This document shows positions 8,469 through 18,442 of a DNA stretch of 64,000 nt, one piece after another. The notes below the pieces were generated by a model. That model was not told where the DNA came from. It did not search any database and worked only from the letters and a program-made list of their open reading frames with translations. Position numbers and translations under genes: made by a program. Positions within the stretch are counted from its first letter, which is position 1, and each line of letters opens with the position of its first letter. Origin of the DNA: Opitutales bacterium (lineage in GTDB: Bacteria > Verrucomicrobiota > Verrucomicrobiia > Opitutales > UBA2987); the NCBI GenBank assembly GCA_965226885.1, contig CBDDEL010000011.1, positions 96,001-160,000 of the forward strand. Direction: 5' to 3'.

Positions 8469-10035
8469 CCCAGATATTTCATGAAGGGTAAAGTTTGGCT
8501 CGTTATTGCTATTGGAGATGGATTTCTTTGTATTTTGAGCAGATCGTCTTGATTTTTAGGTGTTTTTCAGGGTGTAGAGACACTGCCCCCTTTCCCCCAT
8601 TGGTTCGGTAGTGCCGGGGGCAGCACCAATGCACCCTTTAGGTTGGCACCAATCGGCGGGCCGCATGGTTGAAAAGACTGGCCCAAGGATAACTCTCACT
8701 TAGGTGAAAGTGAATCGTTCGGGTGTTGCGCACGATGACCGCTCCGATCTTGATTAATTTGAGCCGCAGGGTGTGGCATTGGGCCCGCGCCCACTTCGTC
8801 CCTTTTAAGGCTAACCGGCGCATGGCTTCCATCAAGGTGTAGGCCAGCGCCGACAAGAGCAATCGCCACTGATTGGCCCACCATTGATGGGCGCTGGTGC
8901 GCTCGCTGAACAATTGCATCTGTTCCTTGATTCGGTTCTCCATTTCACCGCGGCCACAGTATACCTTGTCGTAAAGCTCCTGGGGATCGCCCGGCAGGTT
9001 CGTCACCACGAAGCGCGGGTTGGACCCCTGTGCGGTGTGTTCGGCTTTATGGATGACCAACCGCAGCCATCGCCACGAATCGGCAGCATAGACGAAGTCC
9101 TGGAATAACCGTTGTTTTTTACCCCTTAGTTCGAACCATTCTTTGGCCTGCTTTTGCAACTGCTGGGCGTCTTGCTGCAAGCGTGCATTGCGAGCCATCC
9201 CCACGATGTAACTAACTTCGTTGCGGTCGCACCAAGAGAGTATCCGGTCTCGACAAAATCCACTGTCGGCGCGCCAAATAATCCGCTTACGGGGCCAGCT
9301 TTGGCGAATCCGTTTAACCAGCAATTTGAGGATGGCCCCGGCATGCTTGCTGGCATCGATCTTGCTCGGCCGCAGGTAGGCCACCAGCAGCTGATCACCG
9401 CAAAAAACATATAGCGGCAGAAAACAGTAATGATCATAATAACCGTGGAAAAAACGTCCCTCCTGGAGCCCGTGCACCGGATTGTCGGTGGCGTCAAAGT
9501 CCAGGATGATCTCTTCGGGTTCCTCGGCAAAGGAGCCCATGAACTGTTCGACCAACAGCTCGTTTACCGCAAAGGCCGCCCGCCGATCCTGCCCGTTTTC
9601 AAAACGACACAAAGTCGGCGCGCTGGCCAACGTTTCAATGCGCCCCGTTACCGTTTGCAACAATGGATCGTGGCGCAGGGTATCAAAGTCGTTCAAATCC
9701 TCATAGCCCGCCACCAGCCCGTAAACGCGCTGCCGCAGCATCCCCAATACCTCATGGCGTACTTTGCCCTTCTGCCGTTTGTCCACTAACTGTCGGGCCG
9801 CTCGTTCGGTCAAGCCCAACTGCCGATCCACTTCCCGGATCAAAAGCAGTCCGGCATCCGAAGTAACCTCTCCGCCCTTGAAATCAACCCGCACACGGCG
9901 GCCTTTTACCCTTGTCAACTGTAGCTTTAATTGTTTACCTTTTGTCATCGCTGATATTGCTTTAATTATTGATCTATCCTGCTGTATATCAGCAGTTAAG
10001 CATATCAACGATACTTTTTTTACGAAATATCCGGG
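8469..10035 (-). mobile_element. IS1380-family insertion sequence, copy 2 (1567 bp)
   Basis: Near-identical to copy 1; 4-bp TSD TTAG at 8465-8468 and 10036-10039; one IR carries a G>A change (CCCAGA). Confidence 0.93.
8638..10008 (-). CDS. IS1380-family DDE transposase
   Basis: Three amino-acid differences from copy 1 (DGT/DAT, PRT/PRK, QDL/QDF). Confidence 0.92.
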   Translation of the reverse strand: MICLTADIQQDRSIIKAISAMTKGKQLKLQLTRVKGRRVRVDFKGGEVTSDAGLLLIREVDRQLGLTERAARQLVDKRQKGKVRHEVLGMLRQRVYGLVAGYEDLNDFDTLRHDPLLQTVTGRIETLASAPTLCRFENGQDRRAAFAVNELLVEQFMGSFAEEPEEIILDFDATDNPVHGLQEGRFFHGYYDHYCFLPLYVFCGDQLLVAYLRPSKIDASKHAGAILKLLVKRIRQSWPRKRIIWRADSGFCRDRILSWCDRNEVSYIVGMARNARLQQDAQQLQKQAKEWFELRGKKQRLFQDFVYAADSWRWLRLVIHKAEHTAQGSNPRFVVTNLPGDPQELYDKVYCGRGEMENRIKEQMQLFSERTSAHQWWANQWRLLLSALAYTLMEAMRRLALKGTKWARAQCHTLRLKLIKIGAVIVRNTRTIHFHLSESYPWASLFNHAARRLVPT

Positions 10036-10165
10036 TTAGAGGAATCAAAAACGGGTCGGGTTTATCTTTTTAAAATTGTAATGGTGCTTATTTTGGTGGG
10101 GTTTGATCGGTGGTTGTGGCTGTGTTTGGATTTGGGTTGTCGGTGGTTAGGGGGTTGGCTCCTTG

Positions 10166-10217
10166 GATGGTTTTTATGTGGAGGTCTCTTTGATGGTTTT
10201 TATGTGGAGGTCTCTTT
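10166..10217. repeat. 26-bp tandem duplication at the 3' end of mscS
   Basis: GATGGTTTTTATGTGGAGGTCTCTTT x2 (10166, 10192). Confidence 0.92.
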
Positions 10218-11418
10218 GGGGGTAGGGGATTTCGATGTTGTTTTCTTTGAAGAGTTGCCAGACTTTGAGGAGGATGGCGCTTTTGATGTTGGTTACCCCG
10301 TTACTGGGGTCTTTGATCCAGACGCGCCCTTCGAGGTTGATGGAGCTGTCGCCGAATTCCACCAGGTGGCACATGGGGCAGGGGTCTTTGAGGATGCGTT
10401 CCACACTGGCGGCGGCTTGCAGGACGAGTTCGCGGGCTTTGTCGACGTCCGAATCGTAGGAGATGCCGAGGGGTATGCGGAGGCGCACGAGGTTGTGGGT
10501 GAAGGACCAGTTGATGACCGTTTGGGTGACCAGGTTTTCGTTGGGGATGAGGTGCTCGGTGCCGTCGCGGGTGATGATGGAGACATAGCGGGCGCTGAGG
10601 TTGTTGATCCACCCGTAGGTGTTTCCGATTTCGATGACGTCTCCGGGTTTGATCGATTTATCGGTCAGTAGAATGAAACCGCTGACCAGGTTGGAGATGA
10701 CCTTTTGCATGCCGAAACCGATGCCTACGCCGAGACCGCCGCCGAGCACGGTGAGGACCGTCAGGTCGAGCCCCATGGAATCGACCGCGATGAGGAAGGC
10801 GGCCGAGATGAGGGCGATTTTCGTGGCCTTGCCGATGAGGACCTTGATGGAGGAACTGATGATGGTGATGGCTTTGATGCGGTTGTCGATCAGCCGCGAA
10901 GCCAGTTGCACGAACCAGAGCATGACGATGAGGACAAACACGCCGGTGATCACGCCGTAGGCGGAGATTTTGGTCTTGCCGAGGGTCAACTGCATCGTTT
11001 CCAACAAGTTGACCACAGCTCCAAACCAGCCGAGCAGGTTGAGCGCTATGATGGAGTAAAGGACGATAGCGATCAGGCGCACCACGATGCGGTCCCTCGA
11101 ATAGGCCGTGAGCAAGGCCACGATGAGCCAAAGCCCGGTCAGTGCCCAGGTGATTTGGAGCAGCCCGAGCGGTGTTTTAAGCACAAGGCCGACACCGCCG
11201 ATGACGGCCATAAAAAGGAAGAACCACAAAAAAGCGGCATTTTCCCTTCGCCAGCAGCCGAAGCCGGGAGGGGATTTCAATCCACGGTCGGGCGGGGTGA
11301 GCTTTTTTTTCAGCAACCTGGCGGCGATGTAGAGGCCGACCAGGAGGGGTCCCTGCCAATAAAGGTCCACCAGGGCGATGCCCTGGGGTTGAAATATATC
11401 CTGCAAGTTGAATTCCAT
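10174..11418 (-). CDS. mscS: Small-conductance mechanosensitive channel (MscS family)
   Basis: Multiple TM helices; GLGVGIGFGMQKVISNLVSGFILL, IKPGDVIEI, IPNE, FGDSSIN, IEIPYPQRDLH motifs. Confidence 0.88.
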   Translation of the reverse strand: MEFNLQDIFQPQGIALVDLYWQGPLLVGLYIAARLLKKKLTPPDRGLKSPPGFGCWRRENAAFLWFFLFMAVIGGVGLVLKTPLGLLQITWALTGLWLIVALLTAYSRDRIVVRLIAIVLYSIIALNLLGWFGAVVNLLETMQLTLGKTKISAYGVITGVFVLIVMLWFVQLASRLIDNRIKAITIISSSIKVLIGKATKIALISAAFLIAVDSMGLDLTVLTVLGGGLGVGIGFGMQKVISNLVSGFILLTDKSIKPGDVIEIGNTYGWINNLSARYVSIITRDGTEHLIPNENLVTQTVINWSFTHNLVRLRIPLGISYDSDVDKARELVLQAAASVERILKDPCPMCHLVEFGDSSINLEGRVWIKDPSNGVTNIKSAILLKVWQLFKENNIEIPYPQRDLHIKTIKETST

Positions 11419-11555
11419 GTGGTGGGTATCAGTATAGGTTTAGTTAAGTGGAAAAGGGAACAATGGATGAATATCAGGTTCTAGTCGCTTGAAAGGGTCG
11501 GACGGATGTTCTTGCAAATTTGGTCATTCAATAAAATGTTTTTGCCTGGTTGTAA

Positions 11556-14207
11556 ATGCAAAGGTTTACCAGAATATTGGGTATCGGGTTTGCTCGGGTA
11601 GTTGCCGCAGCGCTTTTTTGCGGGCTTCTCTTGGCCGGCCCCACGATTGTGTCCCGCGGTCAGGAAATGCCCTTGGCCGATGGCGACTTGAAAGCCCGGC
11701 ATGAGGCGGAGGCTTCCCTGGCCTGGAAGCTGGGTGCGGCCCAGGATGCCCTCGAGGGCGGATTTGCCACTTTGGCGGTGAGCTTATACGGGGCGGTTCT
11801 GAACTCCCCACTGCTCGAAGCTGAGAAACGCCATGAGGTGGCGTTGCTGCTTGCTTCGGGCCTTGTCGCGGCGGCCCGTTTCGAGGAGGCGAGGGAGGCT
11901 CTCGATCTATTTGAAAACAAGGAGGACCCCCAATACCGGTTGCTGGACGCCATTATACTCTACCAATCGGGCCATGCCGAGGAGGCCGGGGAAGTTCTTG
12001 AGGGGCTTCCGGGGCTTCCTATTGAACAGGTAAATCCATCTCAACGGGCCTGGCATTTCATGATCAGGGGGTTGATCGCCTCCGGGCGGCAGGAATTCGA
12101 AAGTGCGGAAAGCTTTTTTCAATTGGCCCGGCAATCGAGCGTCGGGCGAGCCCAGCAGACCCATTTCGATGAAATACTTTTCCGCAATCGTCTTTTTTCG
12201 GGCCGGGCCAATGAGGAACTGGCGACCGATTTGCGGTCCAACCTGGAAGCCAATTTCGGCCGGCGGGAGGGTTTTGAATACGGCAAGGTGTATGCGGTGG
12301 TGCTGGACGAACTTGGGCGCAAGGATGATGCCGTGGACTTGCTGGAAGAACTCCTGCGATTCGAGGCGGTGCAGGAAGGCGACCTGGAAGACCAGATTCT
12401 GCTCCTCTTGGGACTCATCGCAGGGGAATCGACGGCCAAGGGTAAAAAGGCATTGGGGGCGTTATTGAGCAAGGGCGGCAATACCGAGTTACAGCGGGTG
12501 GGACTGCAATTGCTCTTGCGCCAGGCCCTGGACAGTTCGCAAACAGCCGATGTGCGAGCCCTCTTCAACGAGTTGATCGACCGTCCCATCAACCATGCCC
12601 TGCTGGATGAACTTTATTTTTTAAGGGCCTTTCTGGAATTATCTTCCAACCGCATGAATCAGGCCGAAGCGGACGCCAACCGCCTGCTCGAGCTTTTTCC
12701 CGGTTCCCGTTTGTCCAACAGCGCCCTGCGATTGCTTGCCTACACTTCCTGGCAGAGGGATCCACCCCATTATCGCATGGCCGCCAGTTATCTGAACCGC
12801 CTGCGGGCCGTTTTGCCGGATGGAGCGGAGAAGGCCCACCTCACCACTTTGATGGGCGATTGCTACTTTTTGAACGAGGACTACGAAAACGCTACCGACG
12901 CCTATGCAACGGCTTTGCTGGAGGCTCCCCGGAGCGATTCGCGCGGCACTCTGCATTTTCAGCGGATCCTCTCCGAGATCGGAGCCGGACGATTCGATGA
13001 GGCCATTGCCTATTTAAATGATGCGACGGTGGAAAAAGGCGTCGATCCACTCACCCGGTGGCGGGCCGAATGGAACCTGATCAGCAAAATGAAATCCGGT
13101 GGACAGGTTGAGAGGGCATTTGAGCGCGTCAGCAGTTTATTGGGAGAACAGGATGCGGCCCTTGTGCCGATGGATTTACGGCTCCGCTTAATGTGGCTGA
13201 ACGCCCAGCTTTCGCTTGAAGCGCGCCGCCTCAAAGAGACACCCGTTTTATGCGAACAGATAATCGCCGCCCTGAGCGAGCCGCAGAGCGCCACCATCGA
13301 GCCGAAATTACGGGACCAATTGGTCAGCCGCACGCTCTTGCTGCAAGGGCAGGCCTACTTTGCCCTGGGCCTGGCGGAGCAGGGATCGGATATTTTTGGA
13401 AAACTGGGGCGTGAATATGGCGGATCGGAACCGCACATACTTTCCTACATGACAGAAGCGCGCTATTATGCTTCGGTCAACCGCACGGTGGAGGCGCAGC
13501 AGAGGCTCATCGACCTGGCCGATGACGCCCCGGGAAGCGATTACGCGCCCATCGCCCTGTGGGAAGCCGCCCTCAATGCGGAACAAGGGGGCATCTCCTC
13601 CACCTATGAGGATGCCCTAGGCATCCTGGAGCGGCTGGTGCGGGTCTATCCGGAGCATGACCTCGTTTACTATGCGCGTTTGAAACAGGCCGATCTTTCC
13701 CGCCAGCTCAATGCTTTCGGGGACGCCCTCAATATCTACGAACTGCTCATCAATCAGCGCCCGGGACATCCTGAGAGGTACCGTGCGGAAATATCCAGGG
13801 CGGATTGCCTGCTTGCCCAAGGCAGCCGCAATACGGCCAACCTGGAGGAAGCGGCGGCCGTTCTTCAGCGCCTGGTCGATCTCTCCAATCTGCCGATTGA
13901 TCTTCGGGTGGAAGCGGGTTACAAATGGGGTTTTGCGGAAGAAAAAAAAGGCCGCAACGATACGGCCCAGGAAGTTTACTCCATGATTATGAACCGCTTT
14001 CTGCGGGATTCGGAAATGGTTGGCAGTCTTGGCGCGAGGGGCCGCTATTGGCAGGCCCGCCTCATTTTTCAATTGGGGGAAATTTTTGAAAAACAAAAAC
14101 AGTATGCACAAGCCCGTGAAATTTATACCTTGGTTTCCGCTTATGGATTGCCTGGACAATCGCTGGCCGCAGCAAAAATCGAAAGGTTTTCCCGGCCCCG
14201 GAATTGA
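11556..14207 (+). CDS. Large exported tetratricopeptide-repeat protein
   Basis: N-terminal hydrophobic signal; repeated helical TPR-like motifs (e.g. LLELFPGS, LVRVYPEH); upstream of exbB/exbD. Confidence 0.72.
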   Translation: MQRFTRILGIGFARVVAAALFCGLLLAGPTIVSRGQEMPLADGDLKARHEAEASLAWKLGAAQDALEGGFATLAVSLYGAVLNSPLLEAEKRHEVALLLASGLVAAARFEEAREALDLFENKEDPQYRLLDAIILYQSGHAEEAGEVLEGLPGLPIEQVNPSQRAWHFMIRGLIASGRQEFESAESFFQLARQSSVGRAQQTHFDEILFRNRLFSGRANEELATDLRSNLEANFGRREGFEYGKVYAVVLDELGRKDDAVDLLEELLRFEAVQEGDLEDQILLLLGLIAGESTAKGKKALGALLSKGGNTELQRVGLQLLLRQALDSSQTADVRALFNELIDRPINHALLDELYFLRAFLELSSNRMNQAEADANRLLELFPGSRLSNSALRLLAYTSWQRDPPHYRMAASYLNRLRAVLPDGAEKAHLTTLMGDCYFLNEDYENATDAYATALLEAPRSDSRGTLHFQRILSEIGAGRFDEAIAYLNDATVEKGVDPLTRWRAEWNLISKMKSGGQVERAFERVSSLLGEQDAALVPMDLRLRLMWLNAQLSLEARRLKETPVLCEQIIAALSEPQSATIEPKLRDQLVSRTLLLQGQAYFALGLAEQGSDIFGKLGREYGGSEPHILSYMTEARYYASVNRTVEAQQRLIDLADDAPGSDYAPIALWEAALNAEQGGISSTYEDALGILERLVRVYPEHDLVYYARLKQADLSRQLNAFGDALNIYELLINQRPGHPERYRAEISRADCLLAQGSRNTANLEEAAAVLQRLVDLSNLPIDLRVEAGYKWGFAEEKKGRNDTAQEVYSMIMNRFLRDSEMVGSLGARGRYWQARLIFQLGEIFEKQKQYAQAREIYTLVSAYGLPGQSLAAAKIERFSRPRN

Positions 14208-14240
14208 TCCGGGTTCATCTTTTTAAAAACAATTGCCGCC

Positions 14241-14894
14241 ATGAATTTGTTCGACTTTACACTCATCGAAAAAGGGGGGCTTCTGATGTGGCCGCTGCTA
14301 TTCCTCAGCTTGGTGGGGATGATTTTATTTTTCGAACGCACCCTCTACCTGCACAAAGGACAGATTCGCACCGGCGTTTTTATCGCGGGGATCAAAAACC
14401 TTCTCATCAAACGCCGGCTGATTGAAGCCCTCACCCTCTGTGAAGAGACTCCCGGCCCGGTGGCCACCGTGACCAAGGCGGCCCTGCTGGAGTACGATCA
14501 GGACGAATTGCGCATACGCTCGGCCATCCAGGCGGCGGCCCTGGTGCAGATTCCATTGCTGGTGCAGCGCGTCGGCTCGATTGCGGCCATCGCCCGAATT
14601 GCGCCCTTGATCGGATTACTGGGGACGGTGATCGGGCTGCTGGAAGCCTTTTTTAAATTCGAGGAAACCGGTCCCTACGCTCATATCGGCATTCTGGCGG
14701 GCGGTTTCGGGGAAGCCCTCATTTCAACGGCCACCGGCCTGGCCATTGCCATCATCGCCTATGTGGGGCATCATTTTCTTCACGGGCGGGTGCGGGCCTT
14801 GGTGCATGACATGGAATGGGTGGGCAATGATATGATGCAATTTCTGCTCCGGGATCTACCGGAAGAGGATTCCGAACGGGAGCGGCCCGCCTAG
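14241..14894 (+). CDS. MotA/TolQ/ExbB proton channel family protein
   Basis: KGGLLMWPLL, APLIGLLGTVIGL, EALISTATGLAIAI motifs. Confidence 0.92.
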   Translation: MNLFDFTLIEKGGLLMWPLLFLSLVGMILFFERTLYLHKGQIRTGVFIAGIKNLLIKRRLIEALTLCEETPGPVATVTKAALLEYDQDELRIRSAIQAAALVQIPLLVQRVGSIAAIARIAPLIGLLGTVIGLLEAFFKFEETGPYAHIGILAGGFGEALISTATGLAIAIIAYVGHHFLHGRVRALVHDMEWVGNDMMQFLLRDLPEEDSERERPA

Positions 14895-14914
14895 GAAGCA
14901 GCCTGAATTCAGCT

Positions 14915-15382
14915 ATGATTACCAGTCCATTGGAGTTGAAACGGCAATTGCCGGAACCGGACAACCGGATCAACCTGGTTCCTTTTTTCGATCTTTGCGT
15001 CATCGGGCTGTTTTTTGCTCTTTACAGCTCGCGATTCGTATTTGCGCCGGGGGTTACGATCGACCTTTCCGAGGTCGATGTTTCGGCCCGCACCGGATTG
15101 CCCACACCGGCCGTGCTGACCGTGCGCGATAATAACATCCTCCTGTTCGAGGGAGAAATATTCCGTCTCGAAGCGCTCAACGAAAAACTGGCCCAATTCG
15201 TTATAGAGGAGAAAATCGAAGGAGCCGCCCTCCTGATAAAAGCCGATAAAAGTGTGGCCATGCAGGAAATCCTGCACATTTGCGATCTGGCTAGAAAAGC
15301 TGGTTTCGAGCAGGTCCACCTGGCTGCCGATGAAAGGCTCAAGAGGGAGGAGTTTCTCTCCTCCAAACCGGGGGTGGAATGA
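14915..15382 (+). CDS. ExbD/TolR family protein
   Basis: INLVPFFD TM segment with conserved Asp; LIKADKSV...ARKAG. Confidence 0.85.
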   Translation: MITSPLELKRQLPEPDNRINLVPFFDLCVIGLFFALYSSRFVFAPGVTIDLSEVDVSARTGLPTPAVLTVRDNNILLFEGEIFRLEALNEKLAQFVIEEKIEGAALLIKADKSVAMQEILHICDLARKAGFEQVHLAADERLKREEFLSSKPGVE

Positions 15383-15415
15383 TTGAAGGATTCAGGATGA
15401 AACCTGGCCGATAGT

Positions 15416-16177
15416 TTGAAGACGATGAAACCGGGAAAATGGATGGGCCGAAGCAAGTGGAAACTTAGTGGCTATTGGCAGATCGCGCTGGCGGCAGGAC
15501 TTTTTCTGCACCTGCTTGCCTTTGCTACTTTGAGGATTGTCACCCGCTCTTCGCCGGAGGTGACGTTTCCGGAACCTTTTATCAAATATCCGCAAGAATT
15601 GATCGAAACCGGTGGGGGCTTTGCCGATGTTTCCTATGGAGATTTGTTCGATCCCGCCCCGCTGTTTCTGCCCACCCTGTGGAATTTCGCTCCTGATTTC
15701 GGGAACCTGCATCTGGATCGTGAAGTCGAGCCTCTTTTTGAGCCATTCGAGCCCGTCATCAGCCTTTCCGCTCAGCCGCCGGCCATTCTGGCGGAGGAGA
15801 TCCGACCCGGCTACAATCTTCCACGCAACCTTCTCGAAAATGAGCGCAGCAACCATTTTTCGGTTTTTGGCCAACGCCGCCGAGCCATTGAGAAAGCGCC
15901 CCTACGGGCCGGATTCATGGAAGTGAAGAGGGCGGGACTGGAGAGTATGTCCATAGGTTCGGTTCTCCCGGATGGGCTGGCCGAAGTAACCCAGGATATG
16001 CTTTCATTGGTGTTTTTCCAGGTACTCATCGATAAAGCGGGACCCGTGGGCGAACCATTGATTATGAAAGGATCGGGATCGCCGCGGATCGATCTGGCAC
16101 TGAGAAATTACCTGGCCACTCCATTTTTGCTGTCCGGCCTGAAGCCTGGTTATTACACGGTCACTTTTGGGCCGTGA
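15416..16177 (+). CDS. Hypothetical protein, possibly a degenerate TonB-like energy transducer
   Basis: N-terminal TM with His (LFLHLLAF), Pro-rich middle, C-terminal IDKAG...GSGSPRIDLAL; follows exbBD; start uncertain. Confidence 0.5.
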   Translation: MKTMKPGKWMGRSKWKLSGYWQIALAAGLFLHLLAFATLRIVTRSSPEVTFPEPFIKYPQELIETGGGFADVSYGDLFDPAPLFLPTLWNFAPDFGNLHLDREVEPLFEPFEPVISLSAQPPAILAEEIRPGYNLPRNLLENERSNHFSVFGQRRRAIEKAPLRAGFMEVKRAGLESMSIGSVLPDGLAEVTQDMLSLVFFQVLIDKAGPVGEPLIMKGSGSPRIDLALRNYLATPFLLSGLKPGYYTVTFGP

Positions 16178-16333
16178 AGGTGAAATCTTTCCGGGGCTTT
16201 TGAGCCATTCTTTCCAAAAAAAAGGAAAAAGGGGAAAAAAGACTTGCGCAGCGGAGGTTGGCCCCTATTTTCCGGGGCTCTTTTGTTCTTTTTCAACATG
16301 AGCTTTCGAGCTCGCCGATCTCTTGCGCGCAGA

Positions 16334-16362
16334 TTGACAAGGGGAGAAATATTTTGCATATT
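16334..16362 (+). promoter_or_regulatory. Putative sigma70 promoter for the tRNA-Thr/tuf unit
   Basis: TTGACA-N17-CATATT. Confidence 0.55.
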
Positions 16363-16459
16363 ATTGTTGACGGAATTTTCTCCTCTTATCAAATTGCTGG
16401 GTTTTAGTAATCCTTTCGCTGGCTTCGCTGGCTTCTTCTGCTATTGATGTTCATTTTAT

Positions 16460-16535
16460 GCCCTTGTAGCTCAGTTGGCAGAGCGCGTCCTTGGTAAGGA
16501 CGAGGTCGGCGGTTCAAATCCGCTCGAGGGCTCCA
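16460..16535 (+). tRNA. tRNA-Thr(GGT)
   Basis: 76-nt cloverleaf GCCCTTG...CGAGGGCTCCA; anticodon arm CGTCC-TTGGTAA-GGACG; GTTCAAATC T-loop; encoded CCA. Confidence 0.96.
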
Positions 16536-16667
16536 TCTTCCGATATTCGAAACAATTTCATTTATTCACTTATAAATTAAAGGTATTAACTAGGTATGTA
16601 AGAGGTATGTAAGAAAATTTTCTTACACCCGATTTCTTGCGAAAAACCAATCTGACTTGAAAAATCC

Positions 16668-17858
16668 ATGGCTAAAGAAACATTTCAGAGAACTAAACCC
16701 CACGTAAACGTAGGCACCATTGGGCACGTTGACCACGGCAAAACCACCCTCACTTCGGCAATACTCAAAGTGCAGTCGGATAAAGGTTTGGCCGAGTTCA
16801 AGTCCTATGCGGACATCGCCAAAGGCGGCACAGTGCGCGACGCTTCCAAAATCGTCACCATCGCGGTGGCCCACGTGGAGTACGAAACGGAAAACCGGCA
16901 CTATGCCCATGTGGATTGCCCCGGCCATGCCGATTTCATTAAAAACATGATCACGGGAGCGGCCCAGATGGACGGCGCCGTGCTCGTTGTGAGCGCTGCC
17001 GACGGCCCCATGCCGCAAACCCGCGAGCACATCCTGCTGGCCCGCCAGGTCAATGTTCCCAATATAGTCGTTTACCTCAACAAGGTCGATTTGCTCGACG
17101 ATGAGGAATTGCTCGAACTGGTCGATATGGAAGTGCGCGACCTGCTTAATAAATACGAATTCGACGGCGACAATATCACCGTAATCCGCGGCTCCGCCCT
17201 GGCCGCGATGGAAGGGAAACCCGGCGGAGCGGAATCCATCCAGGAATTGATGGATGCCATCGACGCCGATATTCCGGAACCCATGCGGGAGGTGGACAAA
17301 CCCTTCCTCATGTCGGTCGAGGATGTATTTTCCATCACCGGGCGCGGCACGGTGGCCACCGGCAGAATTGAGCGCGGGGTGGTCAAAGTGGGTGAGGCGG
17401 TGGAAATCGTCGGTTTGCGCGATACCCAGAAGACTATCTGCACGGGGGTGGAAATGTTCCGCAAAATCCTCGAAGAGGGACGGGCGGGGGACAATGTCGG
17501 GATCCTCATGCGGGGTATTCAGAAGGACCAGGTGGAGCGTGGGCATGTCATCGCCAAACCGGGTTCGATAACGCCGCACACCAAGGCGAAGGCCGAAGTC
17601 TATGTCTTGAGCAAGGATGAGGGCGGCCGCCACACACCTTTCTTTAATGGTTATAGACCACAATTTTATTTCCGCACGACCGATGTGACAGGTGTTGTCA
17701 ATCTGCCGGATGGGGTGGAAATGGTGATGCCGGGCGACAACCTTGGCGTAAATCTGGAGTTGGGCAAGCCCATCGCCATGGAAAGCGGGCAGCGTTTTGC
17801 CATACGTGAAGGGGGCCGTACCATCGGCGCCGGTCGCGTGACCGAGATTATCGAGTAG
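16668..17858 (+). CDS. tuf: Elongation factor Tu
   Basis: [34 protein letters not shown] motifs. Confidence 0.99.
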   Translation: MAKETFQRTKPHVNVGTIGHVDHGKTTLTSAILKVQSDKGLAEFKSYADIAKGGTVRDASKIVTIAVAHVEYETENRHYAHVDCPGHADFIKNMITGAAQMDGAVLVVSAADGPMPQTREHILLARQVNVPNIVVYLNKVDLLDDEELLELVDMEVRDLLNKYEFDGDNITVIRGSALAAMEGKPGGAESIQELMDAIDADIPEPMREVDKPFLMSVEDVFSITGRGTVATGRIERGVVKVGEAVEIVGLRDTQKTICTGVEMFRKILEEGRAGDNVGILMRGIQKDQVERGHVIAKPGSITPHTKAKAEVYVLSKDEGGRHTPFFNGYRPQFYFRTTDVTGVVNLPDGVEMVMPGDNLGVNLELGKPIAMESGQRFAIREGGRTIGAGRVTEIIE

Positions 17859-17993
17859 TAATTGCGTAAACATTCGAGTTAAGCCGGAAATTCTTTTTTT
17901 CTAAAGGACCGGCCCATCTCTTTTTTCATCCTTAATCTGAATAGGGGGACAAGTAAACTTCATATTTTAGGCGCTAAATCCCGCCGCCACTGC

Positions 17994-18069
17994 AGGGCAG
18001 TAGCTCAATCGGGAGAGCATCGGTCTCCAAAACCGAGGGTTGGGGGTTCGAGTCCCTCCTGCCCTGCCA
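17994..18069 (+). tRNA. tRNA-Trp(CCA)
   Basis: 76 nt AGGGCAG...CTGCCCTGCCA; anticodon arm TCGGT-CTCCAAA-ACCGA; typical position before secE. Confidence 0.96.
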
Positions 18070-18166
18070 GGGACCCGACAGATTATTAATTAATTTTTAT
18101 TTAGAAAACTTGTTTCAGCAGTAAAACCATCCATCCACAAGCAGGCAGTCAATTGCCCATTCCACC

Positions 18167-18379
18167 ATGGCCAATCCATTTCGAAAAATCCGCATCTTCG
18201 CCGGTGAAACGGTCACGGAGCTTAAAAAAGCTTCCTGGCCCACCTTGCCCGAACTGCGCTCTTCGACCCTGGTCGTCCTCGTGGCGATTTTGCTTCTGGG
18301 CGGCTTCATCACACTTTCAGACTTCTCCGTTTACAATTTGGTAACCCTTTTGACTAAGCTTGTTCGGCCCGGCAGTTAG
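18167..18379 (+). CDS. secE: Preprotein translocase subunit SecE
   Basis: ELKKASWPT motif plus TM helix; before nusG. Confidence 0.93.
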   Translation: MANPFRKIRIFAGETVTELKKASWPTLPELRSSTLVVLVAILLLGGFITLSDFSVYNLVTLLTKLVRPGS

Positions 18380-18442
18380 CTGATAATATAATAACTCTAG
18401 CAAACTTCCACCCTGGCTGCGGCAAGGGTCGGATCCTGCAAA

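Noticed and set aside
4877..10035. Composite transposon that delivered the SIR2 gene
   Set aside because: Each IS1380 has its own TSD, and copy 1 splits a gene with halves inside and outside the interval, so the insertions were independent
10081..11484. Plus-strand acidic ORFs 10081-10671 and 10705-11484
   Set aside because: Antisense to a convincing MscS; their composition mirrors its hydrophobic codons
16623..17873. 416-aa antisense ORF over tuf
   Set aside because: Typical antisense shadow of a codon-biased conserved gene
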